NCBI RefSeq assembly: GCF_009914755.1
Contig: NC_060936.1
Origin: the human T2T-CHM13v2.0 reference genome, Homo sapiens
Strand: one strand, 5' to 3'
DNA: 64,000 nt
A program made the position numbers and the translations under genes. The notes below the pieces were generated by a model. It was given only the letters and a program-made list of their open reading frames with translations. It did no database searches and had not been told where the DNA came from. Positions within the stretch are counted from its first letter, which is position 1, and each line of letters starts with the position of its first letter. This document shows positions 44,705-59,704 of this stretch, piece by piece.

Positions 44705-45230
44705 TTTTAAACTAGTCTCCCTGCTTTCACTCAAAGCACCTGAAGTCCATTATTCATGAGAGCCAAAGTAATCTTTTTCAAACCTTAAGTCACATCGTAG
44801 CATCCTGCCTCTTAAAGCCTTATTTTAATGGCTTCTCATGGAATTAATAATCTATTTAATAAGCTCCTTACCATGGCCTACAAGGCTCCACCTGATCAAA
44901 CCTCTGTCTACCTCTTCCAACACCCTCTGTGTACTCATTTCAACAGCACTGGCCTTCTTTTTTCCAACAAAGTGAGCTCAAGACATCTGACTTCCTTTTC
45001 CTGTATCTGGCTGTCTCCTCCAAGCGGCATTCCCTACCTGACCCTCTAATGGAAAGTAGTCCTGTCCCAGTCAGTCACTTTCTCATCTATTGCTTTGTAG
45101 CAGACAACTGTAAGAAATTATTCATTTACTACTTGTCTTCTCACCCACAAAGAAGAATGTCAGCACGATATGTACAAGGGCAATGTCAATCCTTGTGTGC
45201 TTACTATACTGCAAAGAACCTTCCACAGAG
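44705..45230 (+). mobile_element. L2 3' region
   Basis: CTAGTCTCCCTGCTT...AATGGCTTC...CTCCTTACCATGGCCTACAAGGC. Confidence 0.75.
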
Positions 45231-46142
45231 AAAAACATTGTGACCCTGAGGAAAACATTCAAAGTGGAGCAAAATGCAACCTAATATGATTCTAAGGATT
45301 TTTATACTACGCAAAATAGCCAAACAGACACGTTTATAAAAGGCTTAGCTTTTCTTCCTACTGACAATTGAAGGCTCTTACTTGAACCCTTGATAATCAA
45401 CAAGATTAGAATGACTAATGAAGGGTATTCTTGAGGAAAAAAAAAAAACAAGAAAATAAATTAAAATACCACAATAAACTCACAATGTAAAGTAGTTACT
45501 GTCATGAAGTGGGTCTCCTAAGAGTTTAATGTTTTAAAATCAGGCAACTTTAACTTATAAAACTTCTATCCCAATAAGAAACATTTAGAAATGGAATTAA
45601 CTCTTTATTCTCTTTCCTATGCATAATTCATTCTACTTATCAACTCTATAGGCTATTACTACAGATGATAGCTCTTAATCACTATAAATTTACAATGTCC
45701 TATCAGTCGTGTTCATTATATCTGAAATAACAAAATAAAGTTACACAGTTATGGAGTGATATTAAATTAAATTCATATTACATATTGATGTAAGTGCATG
45801 TAAACAAGAATAGGGCATATGTGTTCCATGTTCCATTCTATTAGGTACAATGAGCTAAGGTCCCTACAGTATTTATCATAAGCCACATCTACAAAGGTTG
45901 AGGAATCTTTTATTTTCCCTTGAAGAATGAGGGGGAACATAATGCAAAAAAAAATAAAAGTGGAAAAATGCTGTAGCAGCATTTTTGTGGACGTTTTAGT
46001 AATTTTATATTATTTTCTTCCTGGAAAATCAGCTTCCATATAATTATTCTCAAGTATCTCTGGCTTATTCATACACCATATTTTTGTGATTGTTTCTCAC
46101 CAATTTTTAAAACAGAATTATTTTTAATAAAGTATAACTCAA

Positions 46143-46203
46143 GGCTGGGCATGGTGGCTCATGCCTGTAATCCCAGCACTTTGGGAGGCCGAGGCAGGTG
46201 GAT
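46143..46203 (+). mobile_element. Alu 5' stub (~60 nt)
   Basis: Well-preserved Alu start ending abruptly at GGTGGAT. Confidence 0.9.
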
Positions 46204-46587
46204 AAAAATATTTATCATCTATTTGAGGATAACCCAAATATTATACTCTGAGACAGATTACTAAAAATCCCATTTTCAGGAGAGTTATTAAAATGAAGGT
46301 GAAGAGAGAAGAAACTGAAATACAATGGCTCTTTTAAATCAGCTAGACAACTATTCACTATTCGTATTCATTTTGTATCCTTCAGTCTAGAAAAAGCAAG
46401 GCCCTTTTTAACTTTCAATTAGTCATACACTGTCCTGTTTATTTTTTCTCTAGCCATTTTGCCCCTTTGGAGGTGAACGTAAATTAAATCAAAGACATAT
46501 AACACACAGACACTAATTTGGGAGTGGATTTTTGCCTACCCAAACCAGACATTACGCCTTGGCAAGGGAGCAGCTCTGTATAAATAA

Positions 46588-46998
<411 letters not shown>

Positions 46999-48073
46999 TT
47001 AAGAACAGCATCAATGCTTTTGTCTAAAAGATCTCAGAGGCTCTATAACAGACCCTTGATATCATAAACATTCATGACTTTCCAGGAAACCAACAGGTTT
47101 CTTAAACTCACAAAAAACTGCCTAAACATTTTTGATTAACTATGAAAATCATACTCTCCTTTGAAAGTGATCATACTTGTATAAATTTAAGAAAAAAAAT
47201 CTTGGCCACACTGGAATAACATAAAAATGTTTTATACTTGCTTTACTTTAGTTCAGGTTAAGAATGACTATTTTAAAAATAAAACTCTCCAGATTGTGCA
47301 GCTTCAATTTTCCACTGCTCATTTTCTATGACAATCTGACCAAGAATTCCCCACAGCCACCCGCTAGGAGGGGAAAGAAAAGCTGATACCCTAAAACCTC
47401 ATTCAAGAAAAATAAGCATCTCTGACAACATGTCTAGTTTTTCCAAAAATATTAATGAAAAGGTAACGGTATCATAAACTGAAAGGCTGTTTTAGAAATG
47501 AGCAAGTCAAGCTTGACAAAAGGCCAAAAAGGACTTTCTGGAAAGAATGATAAGCATCTTGGAATCTCACTTCTCTCACACACTGAGCTCCAATCTGCAG
47601 CCTTTTCCCTCCAAGCCAATGCACTTGATGGGTGTGATAACAGATGGATCATTGTATCTGCCAACTTCCTGTGATGTACTGTATGGGGACTGATAATTTA
47701 GTGACTACAGAAGTTCTACAACAGACAATGCAAGCAATACTGGCATTCAGTAAGTAGCTGCATGCAGTCCTCTAACAGCCTGTAGGTGTTGAATATATGT
47801 GGATTATTGTACAATATAAGCTCTGAACAAGTATCTAAGCCATTTAAAAAAAAAAACCTTAAAACTGAGCAAGCTAAGAATTAACTAGAAAAATAAACAG
47901 GAAGGAACAAGTATATCTTATGTTCAAAGTGACATTTTCACTTAAACACACATGAAAAAGCTTTGAACAATGTATGTTTTATTAAAGTTTTATAAGCAGG
48001 TTAACATAGAAAAATACATGTATATTTTAAAAGTATACATTGTGGGCTTGGTTTTCAGGCTTCACAATCTGAA

Positions 48074-48154
48074 GTTACAACAACCAAAAAATGTCTCCAA
48101 CCATTGCCAAATGTCCTCTGGGGGGTAAAAAATCTCTCCTGTTGAGAACCACTG
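48074..48154 (-). mobile_element. MER20 5' fragment
   Basis: Reverse of CAGTGGTTCTCAAC...GGACATTTGGCAATG..GGAGACATTTTTTGGTTG. Confidence 0.75.
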
Positions 48155-48698
48155 AAGAAGACAGTCTAAAGTTCCACTAGTTCAATTCTAATGCTTATTT
48201 TGGAGAGAAAGGAAGGATTATAAGGAAAGGAGATTGTTTATTTATGGAAATTATACACAAAATAATCAAACATAATCCATATTGTATGTGCCAGCTAAGC
48301 ACATATTATAATACTAAACAGAGGAAAGGCTGTATCAAGATTCAGCACGCAAACTGTTCACCAGGTTGCACAGCAAATTGGAAAGGCAACCTCCATTAAC
48401 CAGCATAAGTATGCTTACTTCTCTTTGCAAAACAGAAAAAAATTCACAGCTCTGCCACAACACTGTGTACAAATGATACTAAAGGTACTTCCTTCTCAAA
48501 TCCTCATCAAATAAACTCTGCATTACGCTGGGCACAATGTCCAGAACTGTCATCTTTAACAGACGCTACGATGAAACTCTCTAGGTTTTAGGTTCTGGTT
48601 AAAAAAGAACCTTCACATTTATGTATATACATATGTTTTTGTGTGCATGTATCATTCAAAATCCCATTGCAATCACATTTTAGAAATAGCAGTACCAA

Positions 48699-48988
48699 GG
48701 CTGGGCACACCTGTAATCCCAGCACTTTGGGAGGCCAAGGAAGGCAGATCGCTTCAGCTCAGGAGCTCAAGACCAGCCTGGGCAACATGGCAAAACCTTA
48801 TCTCTACCAGAAATACAAAAAAGTTAGCTGGGAGTGGTGGCACACGCCTGTAGTCTCAGCTTACTCAGAAGGCTAAGGTGGGAGAATCACTTGAGCCTAG
48901 GTGGCCAGAGGTTGCAGTGAGCCGAGATCACGCCACTGCACTCCAACCTGGGTGGCAGAGCGCAACTCCATCTCAAAAAAAAGAAAAA
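48699..48988 (+). mobile_element. Alu (older, J/S)
   Basis: Alu dimer; a second Alu follows in its tail. Confidence 0.9.
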
Positions 48989-48989
48989 C

Positions 48990-49292
48990 GCCAGGTGCGG
49001 TGGCTCATGCCTGTAATCCCAACACTGTGGGAGGCCAAGGCGGGCGGATCACCTGAGGTCAGGAGTTCGAGATCAGCCTGGCCAACACTGTGAAACCCCG
49101 TCTCTACAAAAGTACAAAAAAAATTAGCAGGTCATGACGGCAGGTGCCTGTAATCCCAGCTACTCAGGAGGCTCAGGTGAAGAATCACTTGAACCTGAGA
49201 GGCAGAGACTGCAGTGAGCCGAGATCGTGGCATTGCACTCCAGCCTGGGCAAGAGAGCAATACTTCGTCTCAAAAAAAAAAAAAAAAAAAAA
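48990..49292 (+). mobile_element. Alu (S-like), probably inserted in the tail of the preceding Alu
   Basis: One TSD (CAGTACCAA) flanks the pair as a whole. Confidence 0.92.
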
Positions 49293-49628
49293 TCAGTACC
49301 AAATAAAATACTAGCACATTATTTTACTGGCACATCTCTGGGACCTGCCACATGTACTCAAATTACTGGGCAGAGGATTAGTTTGTCATTTTTGCAGCAA
49401 CTCTACTGTAATACCATTCTCTAAGTCTAAAGCACAAAATCTCTTTTAAAATATTATCGGATACTACAAAACATTAGCATTTGGAGTAAATGTCCTACAC
49501 TCAAACTAAGTATGCTATTTCCACATGGAAATGTGATTTTCTTCTCTTTTCTACTTGCTTTTTTTTTTCCCTTGCAATTTCACTATATGCTAATTCTGAG
49601 CTACAAGGTGAAAAGAAAGGGAAGAAAC

Positions 49629-49917
49629 AGGTCGGGTGCAGGGGCTCACATCTGTAATCCCAACACTTTGGGAGGCCGAGGTGGGTGGATCTTTGGGGTC
49701 AGGAGTTCGAGACCAGACTGGCCAACATGGCGAAACCCTGTCTCTACTAAAAATACAAAAATTAGCCGGGTGTGGTGGTGTGTGCCTGTAATCCCAGTTA
49801 TTCAGGAGACTGAGGCAGGAGAATCACTTGAAACAGGGAGGCAGAGGCTGCAGTGAGCCGACACTGCACTCCAGCCTGGGTGACAAAGCGAGACTCTGTC
49901 TCAAAAAAAAACAAAAA
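49629..49917 (+). mobile_element. Alu (S-like)
   Basis: Alu dimer with small right-arm deletion. Confidence 0.93.
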
Positions 49918-50559
49918 GGAAGGCGAAGGGGAGGAAAGGAAGAAAGAGGAAAAACAGACTAACTGCAGGGAATGAAACGGTATCACTTGCTGCACAGTTG
50001 CAATTCCCTTGTTAGGAAAAAATAAAACTAATAATATTTGAAAACTATAAGTTTGATTTACTACTGATAACACCAGGCATAAAGAGAAGAATCTTTGACC
50101 ATTCGACAGAAGGAAAATGAGTGAATGGGCACAATTATCTCCAACTAGTAAAAGCCAATAGCACTGTTCAAAAAAATGAGAACCAATCTCACCAGAGTTT
50201 GTTTTCTTTTTACTATGTGAGCAGACTTGAGTTTAAAATTTCCAAACTGTACTCACAAAACACAGTACTTTCTCTTGCAACACTTTCCCTGTGAGTCAAC
50301 ATTGCCTAAAAGTCCAATATTGAGTTTTCTTCTACCTGTAGGACTCTTAATGTTAAGAGGAGCAACAGGAAGTGCTAACAATCTGGAAACAGCCTGTGCC
50401 TGAAGAAGAGCTCAATTCAGCATGACGGTAGACCAGGCTGGTACTGTAACTCTTGGTTCTGCTCAGAAGCTGGTCTTAACGGGCTCTAGGACCATGGTAA
50501 CTCATGTGAGGCCCCTAGATATAGGCAGGCAGGCCCCTGAGCCCACAGTTCGCCCCATC

Positions 50560-51147
50560 TGACAAACAATATTTTCCAAAGATAGCTCACAATATATCCC
50601 ATATTACATGCCTTTTCTTACAGTGCGACACTATCAGTCTTCCTATCAAGTGATAGGATCAATATTCCCTCCCCTGGATCTGGGTAGCTCTTTGTAACTG
50701 CCTCAACAAACAAAATATGGCCGAAGTGACTGTATGTTAGTCTCCAAGTCCAGAGCATAAGAAACTGATAGTCTCCACATCTGCACTCAGGAAGATCACT
50801 TTTGGAGTGCAACCACCCTGCTGTGAGGAAACCTAGTCCACACGGAGCAGCCACATGTAGTTCTTCTGGCCAACTGTCTCAGCTGACATCTCAGCCAAAA
50901 ACCAGCATCGACCACCAGCTATGTGAATAAAAACACCTCCCGAGGCAATCAGCCCCCAGCCTGACAGAAAGACTGCAGTCTTGGAGCCCTTCCAGTGGAG
51001 CCCTCAGACATCCTGGAGCAAAAACTACTGGTCCCTATTGTGCCCTGTCTTAAGTTCTGACCCACAGAGTCCATAGGCATAATAAAATAAACTGTTTTTT
51101 GCTACTGAGTTTTGATATTAGATGATATACATCCAGTGCAACCACTG
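50560..51147 (+). mobile_element. MLT1 (G/H-like) LTR
   Basis: GAAGTGAC...CCACCCTGCTGTGAGGAAACC...TTCTGACCCACAGAGTCC...AATAAA. Confidence 0.8.
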
Positions 51148-51749
51148 TCCCAGGCAGAGTAGATTCATAACTCATTCACAAAAACAAAATTATTGTACTT
51201 CACACTAGTTTTGCAGTAACATAATCTGGATGATTAGTGTTGGATGATAAATCATTAAGGTAGAAGCAGTATACTGAGAGACGAACTAAATTTCAAAGGC
51301 ACCCGATTTCATTTTAGAAAGCACATTATGAACAAAAAGATACAGATTCAGTGAAATGAAATGCTGAATTTACAATTTATATTACATATTAATAAGAAAA
51401 TTTTTATGAGAACCCTGGTGATATAACAGGGTACTAGGACGGTCTCAGCGGTGAAGCAAACTGGCTATGTGGCTGAATTTTAATTCATGTATCTATTCAT
51501 TCAGCAAGTGAATGGATATGATATCTTAGGCACTATTATAGGGGCTGAAAATTCAGCAGTGAACAGATTTTTCATAAAACTTTCATTTTAGTTGAGAGAG
51601 GCAGAGAGTAATAATTTTACTTATATAAAATTATTCAAACCCCTGTTAAATGCAAGTTAAATGCAATTAAGTCTTTTACCTTATTTACCTAAAAGACAAC
51701 ATGTCTTTTAACCCATGTTAACCATGTTATGCTATTTACGATGATACGC

Positions 51750-52616
<867 letters not shown>

Positions 52617-52894
52617 AGTGGTAAGATCACACTATAATATAAGGAAGTAGTATTTGTTCTAAGACCTAATGCTATCAAGGAGCCAGGCTCGTGAGATGAA
52701 GGAATAGCTATTCAAATAGGGAGAGGAGCAAGTACATGTCCCTAAAGCAGGAAGAAACTTTAGTATAAGTCAATCAGATACACAAAGGCTAGCTGATCAG
52801 TTTTGTGATCCTTGATGAGTTATCCAGAAACTATGTTCAGTATACACAGAAGCCACTGTGCTGCTTCAAGTGGGGCTGTTTTTCAAAGATTCCC

Positions 52895-53191
52895 TTTTTT
52901 TTTTTTTTTTGGTGGACAGAGTCTCACTCTGTTGCCCAGGCTGGAGTGCAGTGGCACGATCTCGGCTCACTGCAACCTCCGCCTCCTGGGTTCAAACAAT
53001 TCTCTGCCTCAGCCTCCCGAGTAGCTGGGATTACAGGCACCCGCCACCATGCCCGGCTAATTTTTGTATTTTTAGTAGAGATGGAGTTTCACCATCTTGG
53101 CCAGGCTGGTCTTGAATTTCTGACCTCATGATCCACCTGCCTCGGCCTTCCAAAGTGCTGGGATTACAGGCGTGAGCCACTGCACCCGGCC
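52895..53191 (-). mobile_element. Alu (S-like) with TSD TCAAAGATTC
   Basis: Reverse Alu with TSD. Confidence 0.95.
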
Positions 53192-54274
53192 TCAAAGATT
53201 CTTTTGGCTGTTGTTGTGTCTCTTGATGTTTAATGAGGAAACTGAACTAAGTGCTATGGTCCCTTCATATCTACCATGCAAATAAGTGTTTCTCAAATTG
53301 GGGCTCTAGAAAATCCTTAAGCTTAAAATTAATGCTTATTTGTGCTCATCAGAATGATCTTCTCATAACTGAGTATCACCACACAATCTCAAGGCTAATG
53401 AGAAGAGAACACAGACCAAAAAATAAGTGTGTATGTGTGTGTGTATGAGAGAGAGGGAGAGAGAGAGAAAGAACGATGCATTCACGCCAAATGAAGCCAC
53501 AGTAAGTTATGCTAAAGTTTTACAGCATTTCAAACAAGAGGAAATGGTGGAAGACTTGAGTCATCACACCATCCACAGAACAGGCAAGCCAAAATTAAAC
53601 AGATTTGTTTCTAAGAAGTCAGTACCAAATTTTTGCTATGAACAGAAACCTGCGTTCAAGTAAACATCAGGTGGCATATAATATTATGCTCTTAATCTGT
53701 ATTTTTATCAGCTATAGTTTTGATTATATTTAACCTATAAAACCATTTCAGTTTTATAATCATATAGTAGCTAGAAGCATAATATAATCAAGTGTTTACA
53801 TTAATAAGAGTGAACATAAACTGGTGACCTTCACAACATAGTAACACATATTACATGCACACTTTCATGAACATTTGATTTTCCTGAATAAACTTGAGAT
53901 CCTAGGTGAACCACACCAATTATTTTAAGTTAACATAAACAGAAGACAATTGAGGTAAATCATCAGTAAAAATTTAAAAACCAAAAATAAGTTATTTTGA
54001 AATAATTCTGTGTTGGAATAGTCTTCTCCTTCCAACTCTGTCTTTACATGGCTAAATCCTTTTCATTCTTCATTCCCTGTATGAACATCTCAGGCCACTG
54101 CAGCCCAAATTTTGAGCATCTCTAAACTACCAGATATTGTCTATGCCATTCCTACACCTGCTGCTTGACATTGTTCGCTATTTTGTGCATCCTTCTTGTC
54201 ACTAAGATGAATGATGATGTAGTGATAATGGAAGTAGTGGTGGTGGTATGATAAAGATGAGGACAACAATGGCA

Positions 54275-54462
54275 GTAGCTATCAATTACTCAGTGATAAT
54301 TTGTGTTCCAATAACATAATTCACCTCCATAATACTCTTATGAGGTAGACAAATATAATCTCCACTTTACAGATATAGAAATCAAGTAACAGGAATTATG
54401 TAATTTTCTCAAGGCCAAAAAGATAACAAATGAATGAGCTAGAAACAGAAAACTCTGGTCTG
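54275..54462 (-). mobile_element. MIR
   Basis: CTTATGAGGTAG...TCCACTTTACAGAT..AGAAA core. Confidence 0.65.
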
Positions 54463-54838
54463 CTTTGTAACACCAGTATTAAACAAAGTATGGGCCTTTG
54501 GAAACTCAGGGGGTTTCAGAATCACAGAGGATGTGAAAGCTGGGTAAAAATTATGAGGTACTCATAATTTTGAAGTACTCATAAATTATGAGGTACTCCA
54601 AGTGACATTAAAATCCCAGGGAAACAGGCTTTGGAATCTATTAACAAGCTTTCCAAGTATATTCTTATATTGAAGATTAAGCAGCAGACTGCACCCAGCG
54701 TTATTTTGCCTCCATCTAGACTATGGTATTTCTGAGAATACAGACAACTTGTATAAACTTGTCTAAAAAATACGGTGTTGTACCTTGGAAACAGTAAGAG
54801 CTCAATAAATGCTTGTTACTTTTATACCTTTATAATGA

Positions 54839-55159
<321 letters not shown>

Positions 55160-56703
55160 TAAAACCCATTATTTCAATTCTATATTTGTTAAAATCTAGA
55201 AGGATCTAAATACTCTACAAAATAAATTTTATAAAACATAGCCCTATTGTTTAGGTATTTAAAGCCTAGACTTAGGAGAAAAAAATTTTAATTTCAATAA
55301 TTTTCAAGGACTTTTTACATATCAGGGTTTGTTGCTGTTACGTACAGGGACTGGAGTACAGGACAGGGAAGGGTGGTAACAACATTGAAGCTGTAAAGAA
55401 AGTGAAAGAACTGAAGACCTCTTGGGTGGTCCCTGGAATTCTCTCTCAATGTTCTTTTCTGCAAGGGAAGCAGCGGCCAAGCTGGAATGCTCACAAAGCT
55501 ACAGCGTCTTTTTATGGGTTCCATCTAGCTCTAGAGTTTTATGATTCAGTAAGGTGGGTGGTAAATTAAGCTGCTGCTGTCTTCCCACAGACTTGTTTGT
55601 GGCCATCAGGACAAATCTGGGGAAGCTCAATTAACACATGTCTGACCTTGGTCAAGTCATAATTCCTCAAAAAACATCTGCAATATTGTGACCTAACAGA
55701 AAATTCTAAGCAAATGTTAGTCATTGACAGTGAAATGTGTGAACACTTTATTCTGCAGCATTTTTTGTTTCATTGTGTTTAACCAATCATTCTAAGCCAG
55801 TAAAGTTCAAAGTGTTTTAAGATAACTAAAATCTCTGACTTGGGATGTTCTCTTTAGTATTTAAGATGAAAGGGAAGAAAAAAGTGATTTCAAATCAAAC
55901 CTCCCTTAAGTGCCTATTTGACTAGTAACTGCTTAAATTCAGGGTGATTCACACATTTGGTTAATGAAGGACACCATGAAACCTAACATAGTTGAGACAT
56001 ATTCCTGGAATTTCTGAATCCACAATGATTACCACCTTTGTTTTAATAAAAGTGGTCAAGAAGAGACTGGACTGTAGATGAGACACTGAACTTTCACTAG
56101 AAAAACATAAATGCACTTATATGCCAAGCCCTCACACTGCTAAGCAAAGACCCCCTGAGTCAAGAACATCACAGAGTATGCGTCTCAAATCTTAACTATG
56201 CCAACATTTCACGGTTTGAAAAAAGTAAACTTTATACAGTGTCCTATATGTCACTGTTGCATAAACTAAAAGATAAAACACACAGCAATTCAATGATGAT
56301 TGATGAAAACTTATAGGTTCGCTAAATTACACTCACCTGGAAACAATGCATTATAATGCAGATTCTTCTTTTTTCAAAGAAGGGTATCACATTCTCTAGA
56401 GAAAATACTGCCTTTCAGGGGTCAGTATTATAAATCCGCCAAGTGATCCCAGTTCAAAATTGAAATGTTTTGTCACCTAACATCAAAGCTTTAAAAATGT
56501 TTTTACACTTACCTTCATTTAAGAAAAAGGATAAATGACCCTCTTACAGTTACCATAAAATATTATTATAAAAAATATTTTCCCAATCTGATTTTAAACT
56601 CAAGGGTAGAGAATATGTCGTTTATCTCTTTTGTCGCACATAGTACCTAGCAAACGGTATTAACAATATGCTTGCTGAGTGTGCTTTAAATATTTGCTGG
56701 ATA

Positions 56704-56984
56704 GGCCGCGTGTGGTGGCTCACGTCTGTAATGCCAGTACTCCTGAGGTCAGGAGTTCGAAGCCAGCCTGGCCAACATGGTGAAACCCCATCTCTACTAA
56801 AAATACAAAATTTAGCCAGGCATGGCAGCACACACCTATAATCCCAGCTACTCAGGAGGCTGAGGCAAGAGAATCACTTGAACCAGGGAGGCGGAGGTTG
56901 CAGTGAGCTGAGATTGTGCCACTGCGCTGCAGCCTGGGCAACAAAACCAAAACTCCATCTCAAAAAAAAAAAAAAAAAAAAAAA
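56704..56984 (+). mobile_element. Alu (S-like) with ~25-nt left-arm deletion; TSD TTGCTGGATA
   Basis: CCAGTACT joined directly to CCTGAGGTCAGG. Confidence 0.93.
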
Positions 56985-57134
56985 TTGCTGGATAAATAGA
57001 TGAATGCCAACTAACACAGTTTCCAAAGGCAGACAGGACCTTTAAAACTATTTTAAGAGTATACTTTCTTTTTATAACTCACCTAGGAACAAAATTGTCA
57101 CAAAGAAAAATCTGCATAAAGTGAACAAAAACAT

Positions 57135-57378
57135 ACTCCCCCCCTTTCCCAGCATGCTCTATTCTCATTATCCTGCTTTATTTTCTTCCAGAGCATTTAC
57201 TACCATGTAACATACTTAATATTTATGCATGATTGTCGTCTACCTCCTCATCCCATTCCCAATTAGAGTGTAAGTTTAATGAAGGTAAAGATTTGCCTGT
57301 TTGTTTCAAGGTTATATCCTCAGTTCACAAAATGTGTGTCCTGGGATACATTAAACATTCAATGACTATTGAATCTAT
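57135..57378 (+). mobile_element. L2 3' end
   Basis: TAGAGTGTAAGTTTAATGAAGG...CATTCAATGACTATTGAAT. Confidence 0.6.
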
Positions 57379-58594
57379 CTTCAGGATTCATTACCAGTGT
57401 TACTGTTTGTTCTAGCAGTATTTTTAGAGCTCTAGTTACACAGTGACAAATGAGGATGTTTTACAGATATGTACATATATGTGTACTCACACACATATAT
57501 AGATACAAACAAAAATTATTTCATCTCTCATGAAATGTTGCTATCTCTAAGGTTTTTAAACAGAGCAGCTACCGGGAAAGGAACATGTTAGAGGAAGCAA
57601 ATCATCACATCCAAGTCTAACTACAAAAAGGACCCAGAAAAGTACGTAATTACAAAAACTGGTTTGAAAACAAAACTTTCAACAACAATCAGTCATCCCT
57701 AAAGTTAAATCTCTCTGGAGCAGAAACTGATTCAGCATCGACTTACAAATTATCGCATTACTAACATCAGGTCTTGCAACAACTGAATTTATCTTAGGGA
57801 GGCTTCTAACTAAAGTCCATCCTACTCTGTAGGAAAAGTGGCTGAAATGATAGTCATCACATTTAATCTAATTAATTTCTAAATACTCATCTGCTTTGTT
57901 AGACTATAAATTCCTTGTCCAAAGGGGCAGCTATGTCTGTTGTGCTGTTTGTTTCCTTCAACTGGTAATTATTTCATTATTTGTTTAAATGTGTGGATTT
58001 TTTAAAATCTGTCTCTAATCGTGAGAGCAAAGAGACACACAGGGCTAAGCACAACAAATAAATATGTGTTGAACTGAATTCAACACAGAGATCAAGATGC
58101 CAATAAAATTAACCTTCAAACCACAACCTTATGACAAGGCAATTCAGTTATCATATTAAATATCCATACTAGGTACCTAATATGAAGGCAATTAAATAAG
58201 CCACAATTAATCTGTTAACATTCTGTATTCAAACCAATATTAAAGCTATGCATAACTAGTTATTGTAATTATATAAATGAAGGGCTATAAACATTAGGTG
58301 GCAGCAGCAGTACACTGTATTATAATCCTGAAGTTGATTTTTTTCATATATAGAAATCTGACCCAGAAATAGGGTTACACAGATAGCTTCATATATAAAA
58401 TATACAAAACGAACTGAAAACACAGTAACAAAATATGCAAATACAATTATTCCTTTGTATCCAGATTTTTAAAATCATTATTTCTATAAACAAAATAATT
58501 GAGCAGTGCCAAAGTGTTGGCAGTTTTCTATAAATGTATTGAAATTTTTGCTTTATCCTAACTCTCTTGACAGTCTACATCCAGGTAGCCAGCT

Positions 58595-59325
58595 CTACCT
58601 TCAGAATGATATCTAGAACGTGAGCACTTCTCACCACCCTCACCACAGGGACTCTGGTGGAAGCCGTCCCCATCATCAACCTGGATCATGACAATAGCCT
58701 CCCGTGGGACCTCTGCTTCTGTGCTGGCTCTCCCCAACCCAGTGTCTTCTCCATGTGGTAGCTAGAGGAATCCCTTAAAATGGTTAAGTTAGCTCACTCA
58801 TGAGCTAACTGGGTCTGCTCAGAACCCTTCAATGGCTTCTCAACTCTGAGAAAGGTTCCACTCTGGTCTTTAGCATCCTTCATAAATTGTCCCCCACACC
58901 CTACCCCAGCTTCACGCCCACTGCTCTTCCCCTTGCCCACACCACTTGAGCCATACTGGTCCTTCATCAGACCAATTATACTCTACCCGATGACCTTTGT
59001 ATTTACTGTTCTCTCTCCCTGAAATGCTCTTCTGACAGATATCCATCCCCACACCTCTTTTAGGTCTCACCTCATATGCCACCCAATCAGACTTTCTCTG
59101 ACTACCCTACTTAAAATAGCAACCATCCTCCTTCACTGCTTCATTTTTCTCCATGTCACTAATCAGCATCTGGTATATTTTATGTGTTTACTTCTTTACT
59201 ATCTTCTCTACCAGAGCTAAAAATCCACAGGAACCAAGATTTTAGTCTGTTTTCTTCACTACTTTATTCTCAAAGCTTCAAACAGTGCCTGGTAAATAGT
59301 AGCACTCAAATACTTGTGAACAACT
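58595..59325 (+). mobile_element. L2 (L2a-like) 3' region
   Basis: CACTTCTCACCACC...TCAATGGCTTC...ACAGTGCCTGG..ATAGTAGCACTCAAATACTTGTGAA. Confidence 0.8.
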
Positions 59326-59398
59326 AATTTCTCTTATCAAGTAAGCATATAGCAATAGTCCTATAGCTGTTCCCTATCCAAGACAAAAGACATTAAAA

Positions 59399-59704
59399 GC
59401 CAGACTCAGTGGCTCACACCTGTAATCCTAGCATTCTGGGAGGCCGAAGCAGGTGGCTCACCTGAGGGCAGGAGTTCGAGACCAGCCTGGCCAACATAGT
59501 GAAACCCCATCTCTACTAAAAATACAAAAATTAGCCAGGCATAGTGGTGCACACCTGTAATCCCAGCTACTCAGGAGGCTGAGGCAGGAGAATCGCTTGA
59601 ACCGGGGTCGCAGAGGTTGCAGCAGGCCGATATTGCGCCACAGCACTCCAGCCTGGACGACAAGAGTGAGGCCCAGTCTCCAAAAAATAAAAGTAAAAAA
59701 AAAA
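59399..59704 (+). mobile_element. Alu (S-like)
   Basis: Full-length Alu. Confidence 0.94.
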
